Source: Paracoccaceae bacterium (GTDB lineage Bacteria > Pseudomonadota > Alphaproteobacteria > Rhodobacterales > Rhodobacteraceae). Taken from it: DNA of 43,341 bases. The stretch covers positions 1 through 43,341 of the forward strand of contig JAYTCN010000464.1 in the NCBI GenBank assembly GCA_043736475.1, given 5' to 3'. The notes beneath the pieces were generated by a model that was given only the letters and a program-made list of their open reading frames with translations, was not told the origin of the DNA and ran no database searches. The position numbers and the translations under genes were made by a program. Numbering within the stretch: the first letter of the stretch is position 1; every line of letters begins with the position of its first letter. Below are positions 8,267-16,789 of the stretch, piece after piece.

Positions 8267-10693
8267 TTAATACAAGTCGATCCGGAACTTGTTGGCGCGC
8301 CAGTAGACGCCGGCAAGCAAGATCGCGCGTTCCACCGGATCGGTCTCGGCAATTTCTTCACCGCGCAGGTCCAGAACACGTTTCATCTCGGCCCGGCTGC
8401 CGGCACCGAAGGCGCCGTCAACAGCGATTTCGCCGCCAAATTCGTTGACCAGGCGCTGCGAAGCGGCGTTGACGGCGGCAACGGGCAGGTCGGCAAGCAG
8501 CTCGCGCGCCGACGCCGCCGAATCTTTGCCGCTCAGCGCTGCGGCCTTTGCGGCGCGCAGCGCCGCGTCTTCGGGTCCCATGCCGGGGACGTTACCCTCG
8601 GAGATGATCCAGCCCGCGTTGGCGCCGCTCCAGCCGTCGCCCCGCGACAATCCCAAATCGTACCATTCGACGGCGACGGCATGGTTGCCGGATGTGCCGA
8701 GCGCCCCACTGTACCACAGCCTGCCAAGCGAGCCCGGCGCCAGCGGATGACCGCCGCTTGCGGCCTTTTCGAACCAGGTTTCGGCCAATTTCGGGTCACT
8801 TTCCACGCCGGCAAGCCCGTCGAGGTAAACATAGCCAAGATTGTCGAAACCATAGATGTCGCCGCGAGCGGCGGATTCCTTCAGGTATCGAAATCCGCGT
8901 GGCGGGTCCGAATAGGCTGTGTCGGGATCAATGAAGTAGCTGCCCAATTCATTCATCGCGAACGTGTGGCCGAGTTCGAGCGCCCGCGACAAAAGTTCAT
9001 AACCTTCGGTGCGGACCTCGGCGTTACTGCCATAACGCAACAGTTGTTTGCCAAGGGCGTGATAGGCAAACGGGTCGCCGCGCTCGACGCCGACGCGATA
9101 CAAATCCAGCGCCGCTTGCGGTGCCTGTTCGGCGGATTTGCCCGACGTGATGGCTTCCTCCTTGGCGACCAGGACGCCCAGCGCATACCACGCACGGACG
9201 TGGCCGAGGTCCCTGGCTTTCTCAAAATCGGCGCGTGCTGCATCGAACTGCAACAGGGCAAGTTCGGCCCGGCCGCGTTGGTAATGGAATCGGCCCGCTT
9301 CGGGATATGCGGCGATGGCAGCATTGCAGGCCAGGATTGCGGCATCGGGTTCGATTTCGTTCGGATAGAGACCGAGGCCAACCCCATCGGGATCAAGGTG
9401 GTCGCCGGCCGCGCTGTCGCACGGGTCGGCGTCGAGCTTGATTTCAACTTTCGTCTCAACCCCGTTGACCGCCACGCTGAACGTGTCGGCGAGCACCGGC
9501 GCCAGCGGCTGATCTGCTGACGTCGGACTTGGCGCGCTGGTATAGACCAGCTTTTCCAGTTCCGCTGACGCCGCCGAAGGTTGGGTCGCATCGCGGCGCC
9601 GGTTGGCCAGATCGACCAGAGATATGAAACCATTTGCCGGTGGCTGGATAATGGTGATTGTGGCATCCGGATCAGACGCCAGAGCTGCGTTCAGCGCGGT
9701 TCCAATATCCACTTCGCGCTCCAGCGGTGCCTCCAGGACCAGCGTCGGTTGGTCGGGTGAACCGGTTACGGCGCTGACAACACCGGTGGCGACGCTCAAC
9801 ACCAATCCGCGCGTGTCGCCGATGCCGGACGTATCGGGTGTTTCCCGATCGGGGTCACCCGCCGAGCCATTGAGCGTGACGACCTCGACCAGAGTCGAAC
9901 TTTCCCACGGCACTTGTTTGCCTTCCGTCTGGTGGTAAACCGCGCGACGCACGTTTTCCAGCAATTGCCCGACCGGCATATCCGGGTTCGTCCGCGCCGC
10001 TTCGACCAAGGCAGAGGTGAAAGGGCTGTTACCGTTGGCCCCGTCATAAGCCACCATCCCCGGCGCAGTCGCGAACGCCAGCAGCGAATTGATCGGGGCG
10101 GTCAAGGTGTTGAACCCGTCGCGCGTTTCGGCCAACTCGCTCGAAAGGTCGGTGACCAACAAGGTATTGCCGAACGGATTGTTGCGGCAAGAGTCGAGGA
10201 TGACCAATTGCAGCCGCGCCCGCGCACCAAGAATGTTGACAACGCTGCTGAGCGATATTGCTTCAAAGGGCACGTCATAGGCGTTGTCAAGCGCGGCATC
10301 GACCGGAACCAGGTAGTTGCCGCCCGCTATTTGCAGGCCGTGGCCGGCGTAGTAGAAAATCACTTCGCTGTCCTTGTCGACGTCAAACAGGACCCGTCGC
10401 AGCACGCGCTCGAAACCAAACTTATCAAGATTCGTGTAGTCAAAAACGGTGTAACCCCGTTCCCGAAGCAGAGCGCTGACCAGTTCGGCGTCCGCGACGG
10501 CGTTGAGCAGGTCGGGGGCGACCAGATAGTCGCCGTTCCCGATCACGATGGCGTAGTGTTTAAGAACGGGATCCTGCAGATTAACCGGCCGGAACTGTAC
10601 CGGGGCAACCTCGGCGTCCGAATCCTGGGCGGCTGCCGTGCCGAGCAAGCAGGAAAAGCAGATCGCCAGCACGTTCAAAACCAGCTTTGTCAC
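8267..10693 (-). CDS. Exported caspase-family (peptidase C14) protein with Sel1-type repeats and a C-terminal peptidoglycan-binding-like domain
   Basis: A signal peptide ends at ...CLLGTAAAQD. The caspase His/Cys dyad is in context: VIFYYAGHGLQIAGGNYLVPVD and LQLVILDSCRNNPF. There are about 5 Sel1-like repeats (AWYALGVL, AYHALGKQLL, FAMNELGSYF, YGFDNLGYVYLDG...AETWFEKAASGGH, GSLGRLWYSG). The C-terminus RLVNEFGGEIAVDGAFGAGSRAEMKRVL resembles PG_binding_1. The GTG at 10693 sits 7 nt after the SD GGGAGGGG; the ORF-track start is TTG at 10699. Confidence 0.85.
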   Translation of the reverse strand: MTKLVLNVLAICFSCLLGTAAAQDSDAEVAPVQFRPVNLQDPVLKHYAIVIGNGDYLVAPDLLNAVADAELVSALLRERGYTVFDYTNLDKFGFERVLRRVLFDVDKDSEVIFYYAGHGLQIAGGNYLVPVDAALDNAYDVPFEAISLSSVVNILGARARLQLVILDSCRNNPFGNTLLVTDLSSELAETRDGFNTLTAPINSLLAFATAPGMVAYDGANGNSPFTSALVEAARTNPDMPVGQLLENVRRAVYHQTEGKQVPWESSTLVEVVTLNGSAGDPDRETPDTSGIGDTRGLVLSVATGVVSAVTGSPDQPTLVLEAPLEREVDIGTALNAALASDPDATITIIQPPANGFISLVDLANRRRDATQPSAASAELEKLVYTSAPSPTSADQPLAPVLADTFSVAVNGVETKVEIKLDADPCDSAAGDHLDPDGVGLGLYPNEIEPDAAILACNAAIAAYPEAGRFHYQRGRAELALLQFDAARADFEKARDLGHVRAWYALGVLVAKEEAITSGKSAEQAPQAALDLYRVGVERGDPFAYHALGKQLLRYGSNAEVRTEGYELLSRALELGHTFAMNELGSYFIDPDTAYSDPPRGFRYLKESAARGDIYGFDNLGYVYLDGLAGVESDPKLAETWFEKAASGGHPLAPGSLGRLWYSGALGTSGNHAVAVEWYDLGLSRGDGWSGANAGWIISEGNVPGMGPEDAALRAAKAAALSGKDSAASARELLADLPVAAVNAASQRLVNEFGGEIAVDGAFGAGSRAEMKRVLDLRGEEIAETDPVERAILLAGVYWRANKFRIDLY

Positions 10694-10762
10694 GAGCAAC
10701 CCCTCCCGAAATGCCGTGCCGGCCAGACGTTCGCCCGCACGCCCCCAAGGGACGGCAACCGA

Positions 10763-10975
<213 letters not shown>

Positions 10976-11209
10976 CGGTTTCGGTTGCCGCAATCAACCC
11001 ATGAGTTGCGGCGTCCGCATGTTCGGCAAAAATGCTCGGCCGAGTATGCCATTCACCCGCAACTTTTGCACCATTTTTCTTTACCGGCGGGCCGGGGCGG
11101 CCGAGCGTCCGTAAACGGGTTTGCCCAATCCCCGGGCCCCTGTCCCGGATCGGCAGCTTTCAGGGACCAGGGACTGCGCCTGGTAAACGATCGTCCGCAC
11201 GGCGCCCGT

Positions 11210-11827
11210 TCAGCTCATCGCCTGGAATTCCACCCGGCGGTTTTCGCCGGCATCGGGATCGGTCGTGTTGTAGAGGAATTGTTCGCCCACGCCGATGGCT
11301 TCCAGACGGGTGTCGGCGATGCCGCAATCATTGACAAAAAACCGCTCAACTTCTTCGGCCCGCAACAGCGACAGCCGCGAATTGTACTCCGCTCCGCCGC
11401 TGGCATCGGTATGGCCAATGATCCGAAAATGGTTGATGTCGGTATTGACCATGACCGCGCACAGCTGTTGCAGTTTCGGTCGCTGATCGTCGGTCAGGGC
11501 GGCGGAATCAAATCCAAAAACCACCCGAATATTGACCTGACGCTCAGGCGCCAGGACGGCGTTCACGTCCGCGGCCAATACGGTGCCGCCGGATTCCGCC
11601 GTTATCAATGCCTCTTCGGTTGCGACGGCCGCCTCGACGGCTTCGGCGCCAGCCTCGATCACGCTCAGGGACAGGCCACGGGTCTGGCCGTGAGCAGCGG
11701 CCGAAGTAAACATGTCGCGTTGCTGCAGAAACAGCGCCGTCAGCTCGGCGTCGGTCAGGTCTTGCGCGGCCGCTGCCAGGGGCGAAACCACTACCAGCGC
11801 CGCGGCATAAACGAATGATTTCCTCAT
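11210..11827 (-). CDS. OmpA-family (OmpA_C / peptidoglycan-associated) protein with signal peptide
   Basis: The signal peptide is MRKSFVYAAALVVVSPLAAAAQD. The C-terminal part is VVFGFDSAALTDDQRPKLQQL...FRIIGHTDASGGAEYNSRLSLLRAEEVERFF...GVGE...NRRVEFQA, the classic OmpA_C pattern. Confidence 0.9.
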   Translation of the reverse strand: MRKSFVYAAALVVVSPLAAAAQDLTDAELTALFLQQRDMFTSAAAHGQTRGLSLSVIEAGAEAVEAAVATEEALITAESGGTVLAADVNAVLAPERQVNIRVVFGFDSAALTDDQRPKLQQLCAVMVNTDINHFRIIGHTDASGGAEYNSRLSLLRAEEVERFFVNDCGIADTRLEAIGVGEQFLYNTTDPDAGENRRVEFQAMS

Positions 11828-11921
11828 CGCAGAATCCTCCGGATCATAGATGTTTTATCGAGACGAAGAATAGGTTAGGCTCGGTCACAATTCAATTCCT
11901 ATCGAGCCTGGCGCGGGCAAG
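11828..11921. promoter_or_regulatory. Divergent intergenic control region between the ompA-like operon and the pppA operon
   Basis: This is the most AT-rich stretch in this part of the window. It has a 7-nt inverted repeat AGGCTCG (11877-11883) / CGAGCCT (11903-11909) and a direct repeat TATCGAG at 11856 and 11900. Confidence 0.35.
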
Positions 11922-12740
11922 GTGCACCGGGTTTCGGATGCGGACGCCCGGCAACGGGCGCAGATTGGCGGAACCCGTGCAGGCATGACGAATCCGGTTA
12001 CCCTCGTCCCCCGAATTCGGCCTCGCGCCCTTGCCCCGCGCGGTGCTGGCCGAACCCATACCGGGCTGGTGCGGCAGGTCAATGAGGATGCGATCCTGAC
12101 GGACCCCGCCGGTATTCTTTGGGCAGTCGCCGATGGTATGGGCGGCCACGGGCAGGGTGACATTGCTGCCGACGTGGTCATCGACAGCCTGTTGCGGCTG
12201 CCGCATTCGGGTGACCCTCGGCACATGCTCGCCATGGCACTGGAAGACGCCAATGCGATTGTGTTCGACCGCTCGCAGGGTGCGGGCAATGGTATTATGG
12301 GGGCGACGATTGTCGCCGCGGTGGTCGAGGGTGGATCGGCCGTGCTTGCCTGGGTTGGCGACAGCCGGGGCTGCCTGATCCGCGATGGCAAACTGACGCG
12401 GCTGACCAAGGATCATTCGCTGGTACAGGAAATGGTCGATGCCGGCGATTTGCCGCCGGAACTGGCCGAAGCGCACCCGCAGGCAAACGTGGTGACACGC
12501 GCAATCGGCGCGGCGAAGCATGTCGAGATTGATTTCAACCAGACCGCGCTGCGGGCGGGAGACGTGCTGTTGTTATGTTCCGACGGACTGTCGAAATGCG
12601 TTCCCGACGCCCATATCGCGGCGCTGCTGGGAAAGGTCGGTTCGCCGGAGGCCGCCTGCATCGAACTGGTGCGCGCGGCGCTGCGGGCAGGCGGACCCGA
12701 CAATGTTTCGGTCATTGTTGTATTCATGGAAGAGGCCTGA
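11922..12740 (+). CDS. pppA: PP2C-family Ser/Thr protein phosphatase (T6SS PppA-like)
   Basis: GLVRQVNEDA...LWAVADGMGGHGQGDIAADVV...LLCSDGL...GGPDNVSVIVV are PP2C hallmark motifs. The start is either GTG at 11922 or ATG at 11985. It pairs functionally with ppkA and fha elsewhere in the window. Confidence 0.85.
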   Translation: MHRVSDADARQRAQIGGTRAGMTNPVTLVPRIRPRALAPRGAGRTHTGLVRQVNEDAILTDPAGILWAVADGMGGHGQGDIAADVVIDSLLRLPHSGDPRHMLAMALEDANAIVFDRSQGAGNGIMGATIVAAVVEGGSAVLAWVGDSRGCLIRDGKLTRLTKDHSLVQEMVDAGDLPPELAEAHPQANVVTRAIGAAKHVEIDFNQTALRAGDVLLLCSDGLSKCVPDAHIAALLGKVGSPEAACIELVRAALRAGGPDNVSVIVVFMEEA

Positions 12741-12743
12741 GCC

Positions 12744-13619
12744 ATGAAGGCACCAAACCTTATTGCCGTTGCCATTGTCGGCGTCTGTCTGGTGCTGGCG
12801 TTTCTGGCCTGGTCTATTTTTGGCCGCCTGGCGGACGATACAGCGATTGACGGCGAGTTCACGCTGGCGGGACTGCAGGCCGAGCTCGGCTTGCAGAAAG
12901 CCGAGATCGAGGCGCTGCGCGGGCAGGTTGCCGCCGTTCAGGCTGAAATCGACCGGCTGAAAGGCACAGTCGAAATCATGCAGGCTGACCGGGAGCAGAG
13001 CGCGTCCATGCAGCCCGGCGCAGGCTTTGAGGTATTTGGCGAGCCGGAATTCGAAGAAGGGGCCGTTCCGGCGACCGAGGCCTTGAGCGAGCAGATGAAA
13101 CTGGCCAAAGAGCGGTTCAACAAGGGCATCATCCAGCCCAAAAACGCCTTCATGCTGGAAATGCTTGGTCCGCCGAGGCAGGATTATTCGACCGCGTGCC
13201 AGGGCGTATCCAATCCGCGCCTGTCCGCGACGCTGGAGACGCGCCAGATCGGCGGTTTCAAACTGACCATGCTGCGGCCAGCACTCGATTCGGTGGAAAA
13301 GATCATGCTGCGGCTGCAAACCGATGAACCGGAAATCTTTGCCGCACTGGGGACGGCGGGGGGTCTGTGCGTACGATTCATCCGCGGCTCGACCACGTCG
13401 ATTTCCAGCCATTCCTGGGGTGCGGCGGTCGATTTGACGCTTGAAGGCAAACTGGACGCGATGGGCGACGGCGGCACGCAATTCGGTCTGGTCATACTTG
13501 CCGAATTCTTCAACGATGAAGGGTGGTACTGGGGGGCTGGCTACGGGCGCGAGGATTCGATGCATTTCGAGATTGGAGAAGACCTGCTGCGCCAATGGAT
13601 TGCCGGGGGCGAGCTTTGA
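12744..13619 (+). CDS. Membrane-anchored M15-family (VanY / Peptidase_M15_4-like) zinc peptidoglycan peptidase; TagX-like candidate
   Basis: The N-terminal TM helix is LIAVAIVGVCLVLAFLAWSIF, followed by a coiled coil (LQAELGLQKAEIEALRGQVAAVQAEIDRLKG). The C-terminal catalytic motifs are SSHSWGAAVDL (SxHxxGxAxD) and EDSMHFE. The start lies 3 nt after the pppA stop and is preceded by the SD GGAAGAGG. Confidence 0.8.
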   Translation: MKAPNLIAVAIVGVCLVLAFLAWSIFGRLADDTAIDGEFTLAGLQAELGLQKAEIEALRGQVAAVQAEIDRLKGTVEIMQADREQSASMQPGAGFEVFGEPEFEEGAVPATEALSEQMKLAKERFNKGIIQPKNAFMLEMLGPPRQDYSTACQGVSNPRLSATLETRQIGGFKLTMLRPALDSVEKIMLRLQTDEPEIFAALGTAGGLCVRFIRGSTTSISSHSWGAAVDLTLEGKLDAMGDGGTQFGLVILAEFFNDEGWYWGAGYGREDSMHFEIGEDLLRQWIAGGEL

Positions 13620-16114
13620 GCGGCGATGATTTTTCGACGCCCAGAACCGTAATTCGCCCGCGATCAGCGGCGTCGGCACGCCCGCCAGACCCGACGCTGT
13701 TTGACGATCTGGCGCGACCGGTGCTGGCGCTGGCGGAAAGCCTGATGCGCGACCCGGCGCCGAATGCAAACCGGCTGTTGACCGAAGCGCGCGACGTGCT
13801 GGAGGCCTTTGAGAACGAGGCGTTGCGGCGCGGCGTCCACGCGGCCAGCCTTGCCCCGGCCAGATATGCCTTGCTCGTGGTCCTGGACGCCCATGCGCGG
13901 GCCAATCGGCGGATGCCCGTCAAGGCATGGTCAACCGGTGCCATGGCGGCACTGTTCCGCGGCCGCGACACCAATCTGGAGGGGCTGCGCAAAATACGGG
14001 AGCAGGGAGCGCGGGCGGGTGCGGAATATGCCGAGCTTGTGCGCTTCATCGATAAATGTATCGCTGCGGTGGACGGCAGCAGGGCCTACAAACCGGCGCA
14101 AAAGCGCCACGCCAGTGGCCGGGTATTGCTCGCGTTCGCGGCGCTGGCTGTGGTGGTTCTGGCCGGACTGGCGGGCTGGACGGAGTGGCGTTACCGAAAC
14201 GAATTGTTAGCCGAACTACCCGAAGACGCGGCGATTATTGCGGTCGGGGAGAAATTGCAGATTGCAAATTTCGCCGCCGAGATGGATCGCTATGCGGCCA
14301 AGGCCGATTCCGTCGCCGCGCGGGCGGCGGACTCGCCACTGGGGCTTATCCATCGTATTCCCTGGCTCGATCCGGCCAAAGCCGCGCAAGGCCGTCGCGG
14401 TGTGGTGGTGGATGCCCTGCTGCCGAAGCTGATGAGCGATGCGCTGGCGGTTGCGATCGCCTCTGAAGGGTCCGGGATCGCGCTGTACGATACGCTCCGC
14501 GCCTGGTCGATCCTGGCGGGCGAAACCGAATGGAGCCCGGCGTTTTTGCAAGGCTGGCTGGTGTCGCGGGAGGGTCAGGTTCCGGGCCTGGCCGGGCTGG
14601 CGTGGCATGTACCGGCCTTGACCGGTCCGGCCAGGGGAATTGCGGCACCGGACCCGGAATTGCTGGCGCAAGCCCTGGTGTTCGCGGGCGAGGCCAGCGA
14701 AAGCGAGCGCGCCTATCTGGAACTTGAGCGCTCGGAAGCGGCTGCGGATCTGCCACCCTGGAACGCGGTCGCGGCCGTGCCGCGCATCGATGTTGTGCTG
14801 ACGCGCCGATCCGGTCTGGCAATGGGTGATGGCATCGCCGGGCTGTTCAGCGCGACCGGCTGGGATTGGGCGGCAGCCGGGGGCACTGACCAGGCCTTAG
14901 AAGTGGCGCGGGCAGAAACGGCGAGACTGCGGATTGCCGCGCCAGCAGCCACCAGTGATCCGGCCGGGCAGGTTCTGGACCTGCTGCAAAAGGCCACGAT
15001 CAAAACGTGGAAGGATTTTCTTGCCGACCTCCGCGTCAAGCCGTTCTCGGATCAACCGGGCGCGGTGCTGATATCCGGCATTCTCGGCTCATCGGGTTCG
15101 CCTTTGAGCCAATTGGTCAACGAAGTCTGGCAGCAGGCGGGCGGGAATGACCGCACACGATCGCACCCGAACCAGCTGAAGATCGCCACCGAGTTCGGGA
15201 CGACACTGCAGTTTGTCGAACAGGGCAAGATGGCCGATATTTCCCAGATGTTTGCCGCGCTGAACGTGGCGCTGGCTTCGATCGAGGTCGATCAGGAAGT
15301 CGGCGTCCGACGACTGATGGACGTTCAAACGCGAGCCAATTCGATTGCCACCCTGCAGCAGGCACCGGTTCTGGTCGGGCAGATTGTCGAGGATGTGCTG
15401 GCCCAGACCAGCGCATCGAGCCAGGATCTGGTGGACAATGAATTCAACCTGTTGTGGCGCAGCCAAGTCTATCCGCACTGTGGCGAGGTCATGCAATCTT
15501 TCTATCCTTTCGCCGAGGGTGCCGATCTGGGCCGGGCGGATTTTGCCGGCCTGATCGGGCCGGGCGGCGTGCTCGACGGATTCTACACCCGGCAACTGGC
15601 GCGGCTGATGGACACGAGCGCGCATCCGTGGCGTTGGAAACCCGAAGCCCGACTGGCCGGATTCACGCCTGACTCGGCCGCCTTTTTTGAAATATTGGCG
15701 GCCGTTCGGGCTGCCTATTTCGGCAACGGCGCCAGCCTTGACACAGCGGTCAGACTTTCGGCGCTGGCCGAACGCGGTTCGGCGCAAATTTCGATTGGCG
15801 GGGCGAGTGCGCCGGTCGTGACCACCGGCGAACCGGCGGCTTTGGCCTGGCCGGGCCCGCAGCCGGAACTCGGGGTTTCGATTGTCTTTGAAACCGGGAC
15901 CGGCCAGCAATCACGCGATGCTCCGGGTGAATGGGGCCTTTTGCATTTGCTGGACGGATTGCGGATCAGGCAGCGCGATGAAGGTCAGCGGTTCCTGGTT
16001 GATCTGCGCTCGGGCGATGCAAGGCTGTTCGTCGAAATGGCGTTCGATGACCCCGCCAATCCGGTCTCGGGCCGCAGCCTGCTGCGCGGACTGGTCTGCC
16101 CGGCGTTATTGTGA
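13616..16114 (+). CDS. DotU(TssL)-like N-terminal domain + single TM + IcmF(TssM)-like periplasmic domains; an ATPase-less TssL/TssM hybrid paralog
   Basis: The ORF is 13523..16114. The probable TTG start at 13616 overlaps the M15 TGA stop (TTGA); an alternative ATG lies at 13595. The N-terminus SGDDFSTPRTVIRP and ARYALLVVLDAHA parallel TssL in this window (DDPFGLSEDLGRTRIRP, AAWCVGALLDDLA). The TM helix is VLLAFAALAVVVLAGLAGW. The C-terminal part is collinear with TssM: YPFAEGADLGRADFAGLIGPGGVLDGFYTRQLARLMDTSAHPWRWK versus YPFSPGSSIDVNVADFAKIFGPGGLIDVFTNDKLAPYIDTTQKPWAWR. I saw no Walker A motif. Confidence 0.8.
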   Translation: MSGDDFSTPRTVIRPRSAASARPPDPTLFDDLARPVLALAESLMRDPAPNANRLLTEARDVLEAFENEALRRGVHAASLAPARYALLVVLDAHARANRRMPVKAWSTGAMAALFRGRDTNLEGLRKIREQGARAGAEYAELVRFIDKCIAAVDGSRAYKPAQKRHASGRVLLAFAALAVVVLAGLAGWTEWRYRNELLAELPEDAAIIAVGEKLQIANFAAEMDRYAAKADSVAARAADSPLGLIHRIPWLDPAKAAQGRRGVVVDALLPKLMSDALAVAIASEGSGIALYDTLRAWSILAGETEWSPAFLQGWLVSREGQVPGLAGLAWHVPALTGPARGIAAPDPELLAQALVFAGEASESERAYLELERSEAAADLPPWNAVAAVPRIDVVLTRRSGLAMGDGIAGLFSATGWDWAAAGGTDQALEVARAETARLRIAAPAATSDPAGQVLDLLQKATIKTWKDFLADLRVKPFSDQPGAVLISGILGSSGSPLSQLVNEVWQQAGGNDRTRSHPNQLKIATEFGTTLQFVEQGKMADISQMFAALNVALASIEVDQEVGVRRLMDVQTRANSIATLQQAPVLVGQIVEDVLAQTSASSQDLVDNEFNLLWRSQVYPHCGEVMQSFYPFAEGADLGRADFAGLIGPGGVLDGFYTRQLARLMDTSAHPWRWKPEARLAGFTPDSAAFFEILAAVRAAYFGNGASLDTAVRLSALAERGSAQISIGGASAPVVTTGEPAALAWPGPQPELGVSIVFETGTGQQSRDAPGEWGLLHLLDGLRIRQRDEGQRFLVDLRSGDARLFVEMAFDDPANPVSGRSLLRGLVCPALL

Positions 16115-16144
16115 CGGTTCCGGGCCGGACTGTGAATGCCGCGC

Positions 16145-16780
16145 CTACAGCGTGGCCGACAAGCCGGCCGCTATTTGCCGCATCGCCGCTATTCTTTCCG
16201 CCAGCAAGGCAAGTTGCGGGTCAAGAATGGCGGTCGAGCTGCCTTCCGACAACAGCAGCCCGCGGGCCGAACCGAAAAATTCGGCTTGTTGCGAAGCAGC
16301 GGTGACGGCGTTTTCCATCTCGACGGCGTTGCGCTGACCCCGTTCCATGGCGCGTGCTTGCGCTTCCGGACCAGCGGCGGCGATGGCCGCTTGCCGTTCT
16401 GCCACCAAGGCCCGCATCGATGCGATCGCAACTTCGAGTTCGGCATTGGTGGTGGCGATATCCTGCAGAACCTGATCGAGAACCGCCTCCTGCGAGGCAA
16501 ATTCCGCCTGCAGTTGGCGCACATAGCCACCGGCCGCCGCACCGCCAAGCCGACCCAGTTGTGCACCCTGAAATGCCCCTTCCGCCCCGCCGGCGAGACC
16601 GCCCAGCACGGCACCGGCAGCGGCACCGAACAGGCTGCCCTCGCCGACGGTCGATTGCAGGCGCTCGGTGCTTTCGCGCATCTCGCGCTCGGCGGCGGTT
16701 TCCGGTTCCCAGGTCAAATAGGCACCGTCGGTGCAGGCGGCGAGCAGTGCGGCGGCGAGCAAGACTGAAGCTGATTTCAT
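16145..16780 (-). CDS. Lipoprotein with glycine-zipper segment and coiled-coil C-terminal region
   Basis: The sequence is MKSASVLLAAALLAAC (lipobox), then a Gly zipper GAAAGAVLGGLAGGAEGAFQGAQLGRLGGAAAGG, then heptad-like A/E/Q-rich sequence. It lies 9 nt downstream of the beta-barrel gene on the same strand. Confidence 0.7.
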   Translation of the reverse strand: MKSASVLLAAALLAACTDGAYLTWEPETAAEREMRESTERLQSTVGEGSLFGAAAGAVLGGLAGGAEGAFQGAQLGRLGGAAAGGYVRQLQAEFASQEAVLDQVLQDIATTNAELEVAIASMRALVAERQAAIAAAGPEAQARAMERGQRNAVEMENAVTAASQQAEFFGSARGLLLSEGSSTAILDPQLALLAERIAAMRQIAAGLSATL

Positions 16781-16789
16781 CGCCGCCCC

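Noticed and set aside
7802-8448. Several 60-155-aa ORFs on both strands in the spacer between the lacI-family gene and the caspase gene.
   Set aside because: They have no recognisable motifs, low-complexity Arg/Pro/Ala-rich translations and mutually overlapping frames. The region is reported only as unassigned (see findings).
16115-16144. CCGG-G-CCGG, a small palindrome between the convergent stops of the TssLM-hybrid gene and the lipoprotein gene, considered as a bidirectional terminator.
   Set aside because: The stem is only 4 bp and has no flanking T/A tracts. It is most likely coincidental in GC-rich DNA.
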